Source: Marinicella sp.
Lineage (GTDB): Bacteria > Pseudomonadota > Gammaproteobacteria > Xanthomonadales > Marinicellaceae
DNA length: 64,000 bases
Assembly: GCA_965230295.1 (NCBI GenBank)
Contig: OZ246001.1
Location: forward strand, 2,176,001-2,240,000
Direction: 5' to 3'
Shown: positions 54,525-64,000 of the stretch, in pieces
Layout: each line of letters begins with the position of its first letter
How positions within the stretch are numbered: position 1 is the first letter of the stretch
The notes under the pieces: generated by a model
Database searches by the model: none
The model's input: the letters and a program-made list of their open reading frames with translations, nothing else
What the model was told of the DNA's origin: nothing
Translations under genes and position numbers: made by a program

Positions 54525-55347
54525 TCTGAAAGAAGAAAACAAACCTCATCAAGTGGTGCAACAAGCTGAAATGCCTTTTGCGGTGGTTGAAGGCAAACCG
54601 TTCACCACCATGCCAACAGACCTGTACATTCCACCTGATGCTTTGGAAGTGATTCTTGAGGCATTTGAAGGCCCATTGGATTTGTTGTTGTATTTAATCA
54701 GACGACAAAATCTAGACATCCTTGACATTCCTATTCATGCCATTACCAAGCAATATGTCGAGTACATTGAGTTGATGCACCAAATGAATTTTGAACTGGC
54801 AGCTGAATATTTGGTGATGGCCGCCATGTTGGCAGAAATCAAATCCAGGATGTTGTTACCCAAGACCCATGAAGATGAAGAGACAGAGGAAGATCCCCGC
54901 GCTGAATTGATTCGCAGGTTGCAAGAATATGAACGCTTCAAACAAGCGGCTGAGGACATCGATGGATTACCTCGAATCGGCCGTGATGTCTGGGTGGCCC
55001 ATGCCTACCTTGAAAAACAACCAGAACAACAAGAAATTGTTACAGTCACGATGCAAGATCTGGTGATGGCATTCAAAGAAGTGATGATGCGTGCCGATTT
55101 AAAAATTTCTCATGCCATCGAACGAGAGGTGTTGAGTGTGAGGGATCGGATGACCCTGGTGTTGGACAGTTTGTTACAACAAAAAACGGTTAACTTCAGG
55201 TCATTGTTCAAAGCCAAAGAAGGCAAACAAGGTGCATTGGTGACTTTTTTAGCTATTTTGGAGTTGTTAAAAGCGCACTCAATCGAGTTGGTGCAACAAG
55301 CTCCGTTTGCAGATATTTATTTACAATCCAGTGGTACAGAGGCCTGA
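54517..55347 (+). CDS. scpA: Segregation/condensation protein A
   Basis: DLYIPPDALEVILEAFEGPLDLLLYLI, AAEYLVMAA, FLAILEL. Start approximate. Confidence 0.95.
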   Translation: MSDLKEENKPHQVVQQAEMPFAVVEGKPFTTMPTDLYIPPDALEVILEAFEGPLDLLLYLIRRQNLDILDIPIHAITKQYVEYIELMHQMNFELAAEYLVMAAMLAEIKSRMLLPKTHEDEETEEDPRAELIRRLQEYERFKQAAEDIDGLPRIGRDVWVAHAYLEKQPEQQEIVTVTMQDLVMAFKEVMMRADLKISHAIEREVLSVRDRMTLVLDSLLQQKTVNFRSLFKAKEGKQGALVTFLAILELLKAHSIELVQQAPFADIYLQSSGTEA

Positions 55348-55349
55348 TT

Positions 55350-55997
55350 ATGGAAATCACTCAAGTTAAAAACATCATCGAAGCCGCCTTGATGGCATTT
55401 GATGAACCGATGAGCATGAAAAACCTGGTGAATTTATTTCCAGAAGAGGAGTTGACCAGCAATGACATCAACCAGGCCTTGAATGAATTGGAACAGGATT
55501 ACCAGGATCGTGGGATCGAATTGAAAAGATTATCAAAAGGTTACCGCTTACAAACCAGAGAGTCGATACAACCCTGGTTACAAAACATGTGGGAACAAAA
55601 GCCCAGAAAATTATCCAGGGCATTGTTAGAAACGCTGGCATTGATTGCTTATCGACAACCCATCACAAGGGGTGAAATTGAGGACATACGTGGGGTTGCT
55701 GTTTCCAGCAAGATCATACATTACATGATGGATAAGGAGTGGATACGCATTTTGGGTTACCGAGATGTGCCTGGAAAACCAGCCATGTTGGGTACCACGA
55801 AATCATTTCTGGATTATTTTAACTTGAATTCATTGCAAGATTTACCCAGTTTATCGGAAATCAAAGACATTGACACTCTGGAACAAGAGCTGCAATTCAC
55901 CGAGTTGCAACAACCGGCCGAGGAACCCAATAATGATGTAGATCAATCTGATGCAGATCCAACACCTGAAACCGATGAGCAGGGGGCACAATTATGA
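55350..55997 (+). CDS. scpB: Segregation/condensation protein B
   Basis: LSRALLETLALIAYRQPITRGEIEDIRGV, FLDYFNL.SL.DLP. Confidence 0.96.
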   Translation: MEITQVKNIIEAALMAFDEPMSMKNLVNLFPEEELTSNDINQALNELEQDYQDRGIELKRLSKGYRLQTRESIQPWLQNMWEQKPRKLSRALLETLALIAYRQPITRGEIEDIRGVAVSSKIIHYMMDKEWIRILGYRDVPGKPAMLGTTKSFLDYFNLNSLQDLPSLSEIKDIDTLEQELQFTELQQPAEEPNNDVDQSDADPTPETDEQGAQL

Positions 55998-56809
55998 AGT
56001 CTGAAGAATATGATTTCGAACCCACAGAAAGGATTCAAAAAACACTGGCTCGATGTGGTTTGGGTTCACGAAGACAAATTGAGGCCGCCATAAAACTCGG
56101 TCAAATCAACATCAATCGTGAACCGGTTGAACTGGGGCAGAAACTACAAGTCGGTGATAAAATCTCATGGAAAAATCGGGCTTGGGTGGTTGAAGCTGAG
56201 CATGTGATGCCACGGGTCTTGATGTACAACAAACCGTTGGGTCAGGTCACCACCCGCAAGGATGAAAAAGACCGGCCAACTGTGTTTGATGGCTTGCCGA
56301 AACTGAAAGGTCAGAAATGGTTGAACATTGGCCGGCTAGACATCAACACCACGGGGTTGTTGTTATTCACCACCGATGGAGGTCTGGCGAATCACATGAT
56401 GCATCCCAGTGCCAACATTGATCGTGAATATGCCTGTCGTGTGTTTGGTGATATTACAGAGGAAGCGATTCACAACCTGTTGTCTGGTGTTGAGCTCGAA
56501 GATGGTGTGGCTAAATTTTCTGATATACAAGCTGCCGGCGGTGAAGAAAAAGGGGCCAACAGTTGGTTCCATGTGGCCATCATGGAGGGCAAGAACCGGG
56601 AGGTCAGGCGCTTGTGGGAATCTCAAAACATCCAGGTCAATCGACTCAAGAGGGTGCGATATGGGGGTGTATTCTTACCGAAGAATCTACGCAAAGGTCA
56701 ACATCGCGAGTTGAATCAGAAAGAGTTGGACATTTTGTTTAAGGACACCAAGTACTCACCACCAACACAATCATTGGTGGTCAAGTCGGTCAAAAAAGGA
56801 CGTCGCTGA
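55994..56809 (+). CDS. rluB: 23S rRNA pseudouridine synthase B
   Basis: S4 domain ERIQK.LA..GLGSRR, GRLDINTTGLLLFT, EGKNREVRRLWE. Confidence 0.93.
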   Translation: MKSEEYDFEPTERIQKTLARCGLGSRRQIEAAIKLGQININREPVELGQKLQVGDKISWKNRAWVVEAEHVMPRVLMYNKPLGQVTTRKDEKDRPTVFDGLPKLKGQKWLNIGRLDINTTGLLLFTTDGGLANHMMHPSANIDREYACRVFGDITEEAIHNLLSGVELEDGVAKFSDIQAAGGEEKGANSWFHVAIMEGKNREVRRLWESQNIQVNRLKRVRYGGVFLPKNLRKGQHRELNQKELDILFKDTKYSPPTQSLVVKSVKKGRR

Positions 56810-57415
56810 TCACCACTTAAAGGGTGGTTTCTTGCGCCAGTATTGAATCAGTAAAAATCCGGTTATGGCGCCACCCAAGTGGGCGATGTGTGCAATGCCG
56901 TCATTGCGTGGATTGATGCTGCTGAACAAAGCAATGCCAGCAAATATCATGACAAAGTATTTGGCCTTCATGGGGATTGGTGGAATGATCAATTGGATGG
57001 TGTGGTTAGGCCACATCATGCCATAGGCCACCAATAAACCATAGACCGCACCAGAAATGCCGATCGCTGGAGCCTGGCTGAGTAATGTGTTGGCCAATCC
57101 AGAGCCTATGATACAGACTATGATGAAGATGCCGTACCTTTTTTCTCCCCAATAATGTTCGATTTGCGAACCAAACATCCAGATGGCAAACCCGTTGAAA
57201 AACAAATGCATCAGGTTGCCATGCAACAAAGCATAGGTGATGAGTTGCCAGGGGTAAAACCAAGGTGTATCAATCGGATACAGTGGAAAATAGCGACCAA
57301 TGAATTGGCCACCGGTTTGCCCCAGTATTTGTTGAAAGATAAACATCACCACGATGGCAATCAAGATGTTCCGGGTGACTGGAGGAATGGCGTTCAGTGG
57401 GTTGTTACTTTGCAT
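56810..57415 (-). CDS. Rhomboid family intramembrane serine protease
   Basis: WQLITY..LH..HLFFN, GISG, AHIAHLGG. Confidence 0.93.
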   Translation of the reverse strand: MQSNNPLNAIPPVTRNILIAIVVMFIFQQILGQTGGQFIGRYFPLYPIDTPWFYPWQLITYALLHGNLMHLFFNGFAIWMFGSQIEHYWGEKRYGIFIIVCIIGSGLANTLLSQAPAIGISGAVYGLLVAYGMMWPNHTIQLIIPPIPMKAKYFVMIFAGIALFSSINPRNDGIAHIAHLGGAITGFLLIQYWRKKPPFKW

Positions 57416-57875
57416 TGGGTTTAAAAAAGTTGATCAATTGAGCAGGTAATCTGAGGCCATCTGCCGCTATTTCAAGTTGATAATGTCCCACGCAGGCTGG
57501 GCTGAAGGTTTGTGGTGCCAAAGGTTGTAGGTATTTGGCTAAATAGGACATGGTGGGGTTGTGGCCAACCAACACCAAAGCATTTTCTCCATGGTTTTGT
57601 TGTATGACGTCGCACCAGTCGCCCACACGAGCATGGTAGAGGTGTTCAAGGGCGGATGTGGATTGGGCCTGAATGACCTGATCAATCATTTGTGCCGTCA
57701 TGCGGGTTCTTAGGGCGTCAGAACAGATGATTTTATGGGGCCCTTGTGAGTGGTCATGAATGAATTTTCCTGCGAGCTTGGCTTGTTGTTCACCCAATTT
57801 TGATAACGGTCTTTGGTGATCATTCACGGCAGTGAAAGGTGAATCGCCATGTCGAACCAGAAATATTTGCATCAT
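57405..57875 (-). CDS. sixA: SixA-like histidine phosphatase
   Basis: LVRHG, DHQRPLS, SDALRT, LVGHNP. Confidence 0.85.
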   Translation of the reverse strand: MMQIFLVRHGDSPFTAVNDHQRPLSKLGEQQAKLAGKFIHDHSQGPHKIICSDALRTRMTAQMIDQVIQAQSTSALEHLYHARVGDWCDVIQQNHGENALVLVGHNPTMSYLAKYLQPLAPQTFSPACVGHYQLEIAADGLRLPAQLINFFKPNAK

Positions 57876-58834
57876 TGTGTTTCTAATTGCTTGGCTTTTT
57901 TTAGAAAGGCTGCTTTTATTTCTGTATCAGTCATTTCATCGGGCAGTTGTTCGATGTGATCAGACAAGGCAATTAACTTATCAATGTTGTTTTGTTTTTT
58001 CCGGTTAAACAGCTCTTTGCTGATGTTGGCATTGAATACTTGTTGATCAAAAAAGTAAATTTTCTGTTGTTGACTAAAAAACTGATGGGCTGAAATGGGC
58101 ACATGTTCATGGGCAACCAATTCATCGAAAATATGAACCGCTGAATCAGCAAATTGGCTGATGGGTAAACTGACATTGGCCGTGTCTAAATCACATCCCA
58201 GTAACACCAGTTGCTCATCGTTTTTATTGGGCAGTTTTAATTGCTGTAATAAATGGTTGGCCAAGTTGCCTTGGAAAAAGTTCTTGCTGCGTTTGCCACC
58301 AGAACCAAATGTGCTGCCTTCTATCATGGTTTTAAGCAACAGTATATGGTGTTCATTCCACAAGACATCATCTCCGGTTATTTCAATGATGCGTTGGGCT
58401 TCTTCAAAACTGGCTTTTTCATTGGCCCCAACCAAAGATTTGAGGTTATCCTCCAGTCTGGGTTCTGCTTGTCTGAGATCATGACAAGCAGCGAAAAAGC
58501 TGAGCACGGCCAGACCGTTTGGTGTAAGTTGTTTGGGGTAGTTTTTGGCACAATGCATCAACCTCAAGATCAAGTCATTGATGTGCAGTTCATTGTGATA
58601 GGTTCTGGGGTTTTTGCTTAAATAGCCATTCCTCACAGTCATGCGAGCATAGGCTATGGTCATGGCTTGAATCAGCGTTTCCTGCCATGGCATGGCATGA
58701 AAGACTTCTTTGGCCCAATGGGTCCACAGGAACAGTTGTTGGTGACCATCAGGTAACTGAGACAACGCGTTTTGCGCTTTCTCAAAGTCGCAGATGTCTG
58801 CTTCCGTCTCGTCTATGCCGATGGCCGAACCCAT
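57872..58834 (-). CDS. HD/PDEase-fold metal-dependent phosphohydrolase (putative)
   Basis: YHNELH...AACHDL...NE...CDLD metal-ligand pattern. Confidence 0.65.
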   Translation of the reverse strand: MGSAIGIDETEADICDFEKAQNALSQLPDGHQQLFLWTHWAKEVFHAMPWQETLIQAMTIAYARMTVRNGYLSKNPRTYHNELHINDLILRLMHCAKNYPKQLTPNGLAVLSFFAACHDLRQAEPRLEDNLKSLVGANEKASFEEAQRIIEITGDDVLWNEHHILLLKTMIEGSTFGSGGKRSKNFFQGNLANHLLQQLKLPNKNDEQLVLLGCDLDTANVSLPISQFADSAVHIFDELVAHEHVPISAHQFFSQQQKIYFFDQQVFNANISKELFNRKKQNNIDKLIALSDHIEQLPDEMTDTEIKAAFLKKAKQLETQ

Positions 58835-58849
58835 GTTTTCTGTGATGTG

Positions 58850-59377
58850 TTACCCTTGATACTGTTGTTTTAGTTTAACATAATGTTGCGCAGAATATTC
58901 CAATGTTTGTTTTTCTGCCGGACTCAAATCCCTCACTTTTCTGGCAGGGTTGCCCACCCAAAGCTCACCTGATTTGACTGTTTTATCAGGTGTTAACACA
59001 CTGCCGGCACCCAACATGCTGTGGTGTCCCATTTGCGTATCATCCAACACCCTTGAGCCCATCCCAACCAGGCAATAATCATCTATCTGACAGGCGTGTA
59101 ATATGACCCCATGACCAACGGTAACACCCTCACCAATAACCAACGGTCCACCATCAGGGTTTTCAGCATTGCGGTGTGTGACATGTAGTATGCTGCCGTC
59201 TTGTATATTGCTGCATGCGCCAATTTGAATGCTGTTAACATCTCCACGTATAACAACCAAAGGCCAAACTGAAGCGTCCTTGGCAATGCTAACTTCTCCA
59301 ATGATGACAGCTGTTGGGTCTACGAATACTGATGGGTCTATTTTGGGTTGGTGTGATTTAAAGGGTCTGAGTGGCAT
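58850..59377 (-). CDS. Gamma carbonic anhydrase family protein (YrdA-like)
   Basis: IRGDVNSIQIG..SNIQDGSILHVTH, VTVGHGVILHAC, GNPARKVR. Confidence 0.94.
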   Translation of the reverse strand: MPLRPFKSHQPKIDPSVFVDPTAVIIGEVSIAKDASVWPLVVIRGDVNSIQIGACSNIQDGSILHVTHRNAENPDGGPLVIGEGVTVGHGVILHACQIDDYCLVGMGSRVLDDTQMGHHSMLGAGSVLTPDKTVKSGELWVGNPARKVRDLSPAEKQTLEYSAQHYVKLKQQYQG

Positions 59378-59410
59378 GTTAATTGAGTCAGCTGGGTGAA
59401 GAAATTAATG

Positions 59411-59441
59411 AAAAAAACGCCCCAAAAGATTGAGGCGTTTT
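59411..59441 (-). terminator. Intrinsic terminator for the SPFH-NfeD-lipoprotein operon
   Basis: AAAAAAACGCC...GGCGTTTT; U tract on the minus strand. Confidence 0.7.
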
Positions 59442-59465
59442 GAGTCCTTTTGAACGATCTGGGTT

Positions 59466-61292
59466 TTAGTAAGTGATGTTGATGTCAGTTGTGAAACCCT
59501 TATCAGTGAAGGTCATTGACATGACTTGGTTTTTCCAATACAGCATGCTTAAAGAAAATTCTTTTTGCATTTTCAGCTCCTCTTTAAGCTCAGCTGGCAT
59601 GTTGGGCATTTCCGCCATGGAGAAAATTTGTTCCAACAGGTCTTTGTAACCATCAGCGCTGGCAGAAAATGTCAGCAAGGCCGCTTGTCCTTCATCATTG
59701 ACCTTTTTACTCAATGCCCCACCGCCTTCGTGGCCCATTGAAAAACCTATGGTGTCAGAAGAAACAGCTGCATATAAATTGGCAATGTCCAAGGGAATGT
59801 CCTTACCGCTGATCATGGGTACTTTGTCTGCCAAAGTGATTAAAGAACCATCCGTTTTGATGTCAACTTCTTGTAATTGTGGCACCATCATTTGGGCCAT
59901 GCCTAACAAAGCTTCTGTTTCATCTACAGCTAAAAAGACTTGAGTTTTTAAACTTTCAATCATGTCTTTAGGGTTGGGGTTGGCAGCTGAGGCGGCATCC
60001 ATGTTCAGTTTCAGCTCATCCAAAGAAAAGTTAAAACCTTTGAAGTTACCGACAAAAGGTGGAATCGGTTGTGATAACTTGGCTTGAAATTCTGCCATTT
60101 TGTCATTCATGTCTGTGAAGTGTTCACAAGCATAAGGGTTTGCAACACGCTCACTGACGTATTTGCTCGCCAAATTCTTCGCATTGAGTAAATCAAAACT
60201 CATGCCAACTGACATCGCGGCATCTGGATTACCATGTGGTATTCTACCGGCCAATGTCGCCATGTCTTGAGACATTGTTGATTCCATTTCCCATACAAAT
60301 GATGCGTTGATGGTGTCGTTGGATAATGTTTTATTACCAGCCACCAAGCGCGGGGCATTGGCAAACATGGCTGAGATTTCTGTTTTGCAGGCTGGTGATA
60401 GCATGTTGTCTTCAATTTGCAGGAAATTCACCATAGCCGAGTTGTGTTTGGCTGGGTTGATGAAATGGTCAGCAATTTTTTCTATGTCTAAAACCAAGAG
60501 GTCATCCATGGTATAGCCATGGGCTTGCTTGACTTGTTGCATCAAAGAAGCATCACTGGCCAATGATGTTGTGGGTAGTGAGGTGCCTACTAATTGACCA
60601 ATCATTTGATCCTTGATCACAGATGGAGCGCCACTGACTACCAAGTAGTCATCATGGGTGGCGATGAATACAGTCATGTTATCGGCAGCCAGCTCTCTGA
60701 CTTGAACACCACTGACATCAGAAGTTGTGAACTGTACTTCAAACTGTGTTTGCAGATCAGCCAACATGGCCTCTATCTGGTGACCATCACTCAGTTTGAT
60801 GCGTATCACCGGAAATAAATCAACCATGTATATGGCCAATTGTGTTTCACCCATTTTCATGCCGATTTTGCCAAAATTCTCATCCAAAAACCATTGGTCG
60901 ACAAAGGTCTTGGCTTTTTGCTTCATCAGGTCACTTTTTGAAGGTTCTGCTGGGTCCGCAGAATCTGTATTCTCACCTTCTTCTAGTTCTGCTGCAATGG
61001 CATCGTAGGCATTGGATTTTTCAGCAAGGGCTTTGTCCATCATGAGGCGGATGTAATTAACAGCACCCTCCATGTTGGCCTCCATCACTTCAAGATAACG
61101 GTCAGGGTACTGTTCAGGGTTCAAGCCTGAAGTAATCAACAACGGTGTATCGGCTGGGATATAGGTCAATATTTTTGGTTGTTCACTGACAGCTGTTACC
61201 GTGCTGGCGGTCTGTTGGTTTTCTGTTTGTTTATCTTCACCACAAGCAACCAACAAGGTTGTGATCGAAGCAATTAGCATGAATTTTTTCAT
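59466..61292 (-). CDS. Hypothetical lipoprotein
   Basis: Lipobox LLVAC; 608 aa; start overlaps the nfeD stop (ATGA). Confidence 0.85.
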   Translation of the reverse strand: MKKFMLIASITTLLVACGEDKQTENQQTASTVTAVSEQPKILTYIPADTPLLITSGLNPEQYPDRYLEVMEANMEGAVNYIRLMMDKALAEKSNAYDAIAAELEEGENTDSADPAEPSKSDLMKQKAKTFVDQWFLDENFGKIGMKMGETQLAIYMVDLFPVIRIKLSDGHQIEAMLADLQTQFEVQFTTSDVSGVQVRELAADNMTVFIATHDDYLVVSGAPSVIKDQMIGQLVGTSLPTTSLASDASLMQQVKQAHGYTMDDLLVLDIEKIADHFINPAKHNSAMVNFLQIEDNMLSPACKTEISAMFANAPRLVAGNKTLSNDTINASFVWEMESTMSQDMATLAGRIPHGNPDAAMSVGMSFDLLNAKNLASKYVSERVANPYACEHFTDMNDKMAEFQAKLSQPIPPFVGNFKGFNFSLDELKLNMDAASAANPNPKDMIESLKTQVFLAVDETEALLGMAQMMVPQLQEVDIKTDGSLITLADKVPMISGKDIPLDIANLYAAVSSDTIGFSMGHEGGGALSKKVNDEGQAALLTFSASADGYKDLLEQIFSMAEMPNMPAELKEELKMQKEFSLSMLYWKNQVMSMTFTDKGFTTDINITY

Positions 61293-61750
61293 GAGGTTTT
61301 CTCTCCAGAAATTTCTACAATTAATACGGTTCCGTCAATGTCAGTGACTTTGACAGTGGTATCGACAGGTGCATCATTGCCTTTGACTTTCCAAGTCGAA
61401 TCATCCACTTTGATTTTGCCGACACCATTAACAATGGCCTTGCTTAATTGAAAGGACCTGCCAATGTACTGGTGACCACGTTTGTTCAAGGTTGGGCGGG
61501 TACTGGTCTTATCGCGTTTTTTATCATAGATGTACCAAGCAATCACTGACAAAATAGAGGTGGCAGTGAAAACCACCATTTGAGCCCCCCAGTCAATGCC
61601 AAACATCCATTGCAACAACGCAACCAGAAAGGCTGAAAAACTGACCCACAACAAATAATATGAGCCCACCAACATTTCAATCACCAATAACAACACGGCA
61701 GCGGTCAGCCAGTGCCAGGGAGTGAGTGCAATCAGAAAACTCATGATCAT
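61289..61750 (-). CDS. NfeD family protein (YbbJ-like)
   Basis: TM N-terminus, [24 protein letters not shown] fold; adjacent to SPFH gene. Confidence 0.92.
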   Translation of the reverse strand: MIMSFLIALTPWHWLTAAVLLLVIEMLVGSYYLLWVSFSAFLVALLQWMFGIDWGAQMVVFTATSILSVIAWYIYDKKRDKTSTRPTLNKRGHQYIGRSFQLSKAIVNGVGKIKVDDSTWKVKGNDAPVDTTVKVTDIDGTVLIVEISGEKTS

Positions 61751-62667
61751 GATGGGTCCTTGTTGGTGATGTCTTTGGCCAGTTCTGTGATACCAGCCAA
61801 TGAACCCAATACTTTAGTGGCTTCCATGGGTAAGATCATGGTTTTTTGATTGGGGGAATTGGCGAACTTACCAAATTCTTCCAGGTATTTTTGTGCCACA
61901 AAGTAGTTGATGGCATTGACATCTCCAGCTGCAATGGCCTTTGATACCATATGCGTGGCTTTGGCTTCAGCCTCGGCTTGTCTTTCACGCGCCTCAGCTT
62001 CTCTGAATGCGGCTTCCTTCAGACCTTCTGCTTCTAGGATGGCTGCTTGTTTCGAGCCTTCTGCTTTCAAGATTTCAGATTGTCGCTTACCTTCAGCTTC
62101 AAGGATTTCTGCCCGTTTTTCACGTTCAGCCTTCATTTGTCTGGCCATCGATGCCACCAAATCATGGGGTGGTTTGATGTCCTTGATTTCAATTCGTGTT
62201 ACTTTCACGCCCCAGGGTGAAGTGGCTTCATCAACCACGGCCAATAACCGGTGGTTGATTTCATCACGTTTGGATAATGATTCATCCAAATCCATGGCGC
62301 CCAGCACGGTTCTGATGTTGGTCATGGTTAAATTAAGGATGGCATATTCTAAACGGTTGACCTCATAGGCTGCTTTGACGCTGTCTAGGATTTGGTAAAA
62401 CACCACGCCATCCACCGTAACCACCGCATTGTCGCGGGTGATGACTTCTTGAGATGGGACATTGGCCACTTGTTCCATCATGTTAATTTTTCGACCAATG
62501 CGTTCAACAAACGGTACTTTCAAACCCAATCCTGGGGCAAAGACTCGTTTAAACTCTCCAAAACGCTCCACTGTATATTCAAAGCCCTGTGGAACCACCA
62601 CAAACACACTTTTCAGAAAAATGATGCCAAAAACACCCAGAATGATATAAAAAATATAATCTTCCAT
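61747..62667 (-). CDS. qmcA: SPFH/band 7 protein (QmcA/YbbK-like)
   Basis: [42 protein letters not shown]. Confidence 0.92.
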   Translation of the reverse strand: MEDYIFYIILGVFGIIFLKSVFVVVPQGFEYTVERFGEFKRVFAPGLGLKVPFVERIGRKINMMEQVANVPSQEVITRDNAVVTVDGVVFYQILDSVKAAYEVNRLEYAILNLTMTNIRTVLGAMDLDESLSKRDEINHRLLAVVDEATSPWGVKVTRIEIKDIKPPHDLVASMARQMKAEREKRAEILEAEGKRQSEILKAEGSKQAAILEAEGLKEAAFREAEARERQAEAEAKATHMVSKAIAAGDVNAINYFVAQKYLEEFGKFANSPNQKTMILPMEATKVLGSLAGITELAKDITNKDPS

Positions 62668-62775
62668 TAAAACTCCTCCAATCGCTTTTTAAGACTAGAT
62701 CTACCTAAATAATAATAGCACCATTATATGATATTTTTCATGTGCCATTAGTGCAAACAGAAATTGATTGATCGA

Positions 62776-63999
62776 TTATGAGACGCTGTTCACTAATTGG
62801 TCCTGTGTCAACGGTTTACACAATATCTGATCAAAGCCAATGGCATTGAGCTTATCGATCAATGATTGACTTGGATTGGCCGTCATGATGATGGCTTTAT
62901 TCACCAGGGGTCTTAATACGTTGAATATTGAATCAACTTGTCCATCACCTAAATTGAAGTCAGTAATCAAGGTATCAAATGTGTGGCTATGTAACAGATT
63001 TTTGAGGCTGGAAATTGAGTCGGCGGTGCTGACTTGATGACCTGCCTGGGTCAGGTAAAATTCAAACAAATTCAAACAATCATGGTCATCATCTACCAGC
63101 AAAATTTTCTGACTTTCTGGTGTCTGGTGGTAGGCGATGGTGAATCTGAAACAACTGCCTGTTGCATCGCTTGTATGCAAATTCAAGCTGGCACCGATTT
63201 GTTCAGCCAGCATTTTTGAAATCACCAAGCCAATGCCATTTCCTTGGGAGGCACTTTTGCCTTCTCGAGACCAGGCGGTGAATAACTGTTTTTGGAAATC
63301 GGGGCTCATGCCACATCCGGTGTCAGCAACATCGATGTGCAGTAAGCCATCTTCTTTCATTGAACTGACAGTGATGTTACCAGTCTCTGTGTATTTAATG
63401 GCGTTACTGATCAAGTTGGTGAATATTTGCCCCCATTTGGTGCGGTTGGATGTTAAGACGGTGTTGTCATCCACGCAGTTATTCAGATCAAGGCCTTTGT
63501 TGTGAGCCTGGATTTTGAAATCATTGAACAATTCTTCGATGTATTCAGCGGGCTTAAAAGAGGTGTTGTGTTGGCTGGACTGTTGCTGATCATAGTCCAA
63601 CGTTTGAGCGATGATTTGTTCCAACTTTGCTACATTTTTGCTTATGATTCGGGTGGCTTGCTTGCTGTCGATGTTGGCCTCACCCAACAATTCATTGTAG
63701 CCTTTGATCGCATTCAAAGGGTTACCCATCTCATGTGACAATGCGGAAATGTAAAAAGATTTGGCCGAGTTGGCCTCTTTGAGCTCTTTATGGGCATTTT
63801 CCAGTGCTGAGAATAGGTATTGTAATCGGAGCTTCTCAATGGCTTGATCATGAGCCAACTGTTGCTTGTATTGGACTTGCTTATGTACCATGTCGATGGG
63901 AAACAAAATGAGGTATTTCTGCTGTTCAGACAGCAAGAAATGCACATCGAAAACCAGATCGTTGTGGTTGTAAAAAGGTATGAAGAAAGGGTCATTCAA
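62776..63999 (-). CDS. Hybrid sensor histidine kinase/response regulator (5' end outside window)
   Basis: LSHEMGNPLNAIKG H-box, NLISNAIKYT, DTGCG, GIGLVIS, receiver LLVDDD...ITDFNL...KP. Confidence 0.92.
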   Translation of the reverse strand: MNDPFFIPFYNHNDLVFDVHFLLSEQQKYLILFPIDMVHKQVQYKQQLAHDQAIEKLRLQYLFSALENAHKELKEANSAKSFYISALSHEMGNPLNAIKGYNELLGEANIDSKQATRIISKNVAKLEQIIAQTLDYDQQQSSQHNTSFKPAEYIEELFNDFKIQAHNKGLDLNNCVDDNTVLTSNRTKWGQIFTNLISNAIKYTETGNITVSSMKEDGLLHIDVADTGCGMSPDFQKQLFTAWSREGKSASQGNGIGLVISKMLAEQIGASLNLHTSDATGSCFRFTIAYHQTPESQKILLVDDDHDCLNLFEFYLTQAGHQVSTADSISSLKNLLHSHTFDTLITDFNLGDGQVDSIFNVLRPLVNKAIIMTANPSQSLIDKLNAIGFDQILCKPLTQDQLVNSVS

Positions 64000-64000
64000 T

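Overview
64-kb chromosomal window from a moderately AT-rich gammaproteobacterium. Gene content and order suggest a Marinicella/Xanthomonadales-like lineage (inference, not searched). It is mostly housekeeping: glnA, modABC, pyrG-kdsA-eno, a deoC-ALDH16-PNP-deoA nucleoside catabolism operon, tsaD, split pntAA/AB/B, a PilS-like kinase, phoD, an Oar-type TonB-dependent receptor, tRNA-fMet-rimP-nusA-infB-rbfA-truB-rpsO-pnp, yciO-scpAB-rluB and an SPFH/NfeD pair, with partial hybrid histidine kinases at both edges. I see no transposase, integrase, prophage or CRISPR array. The most unusual signal is non-coding: a family of nested, modular, structured intergenic repeats at 1469-1838, 2884-3151 and 24170-24383, plus a solo end at 45878-45899. 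Small hairpin cassettes (a 48-nt double-GGA cassette and a TTC/ACC internal-loop hairpin) are present in one copy and cleanly absent from a sister copy, with compensatory base changes. A second nested REP-like repeat lies at 19774-19858. Other points of note: an initiator tRNA with a paired U1-A72, a leaderless MarR gene under a 34-bp palindrome, a class-I-PDE-like HD protein, and a secreted protein with a DLIFADG tail. Where an RBS or gene overlap favoured a different start than the ORF track, I adjusted it.
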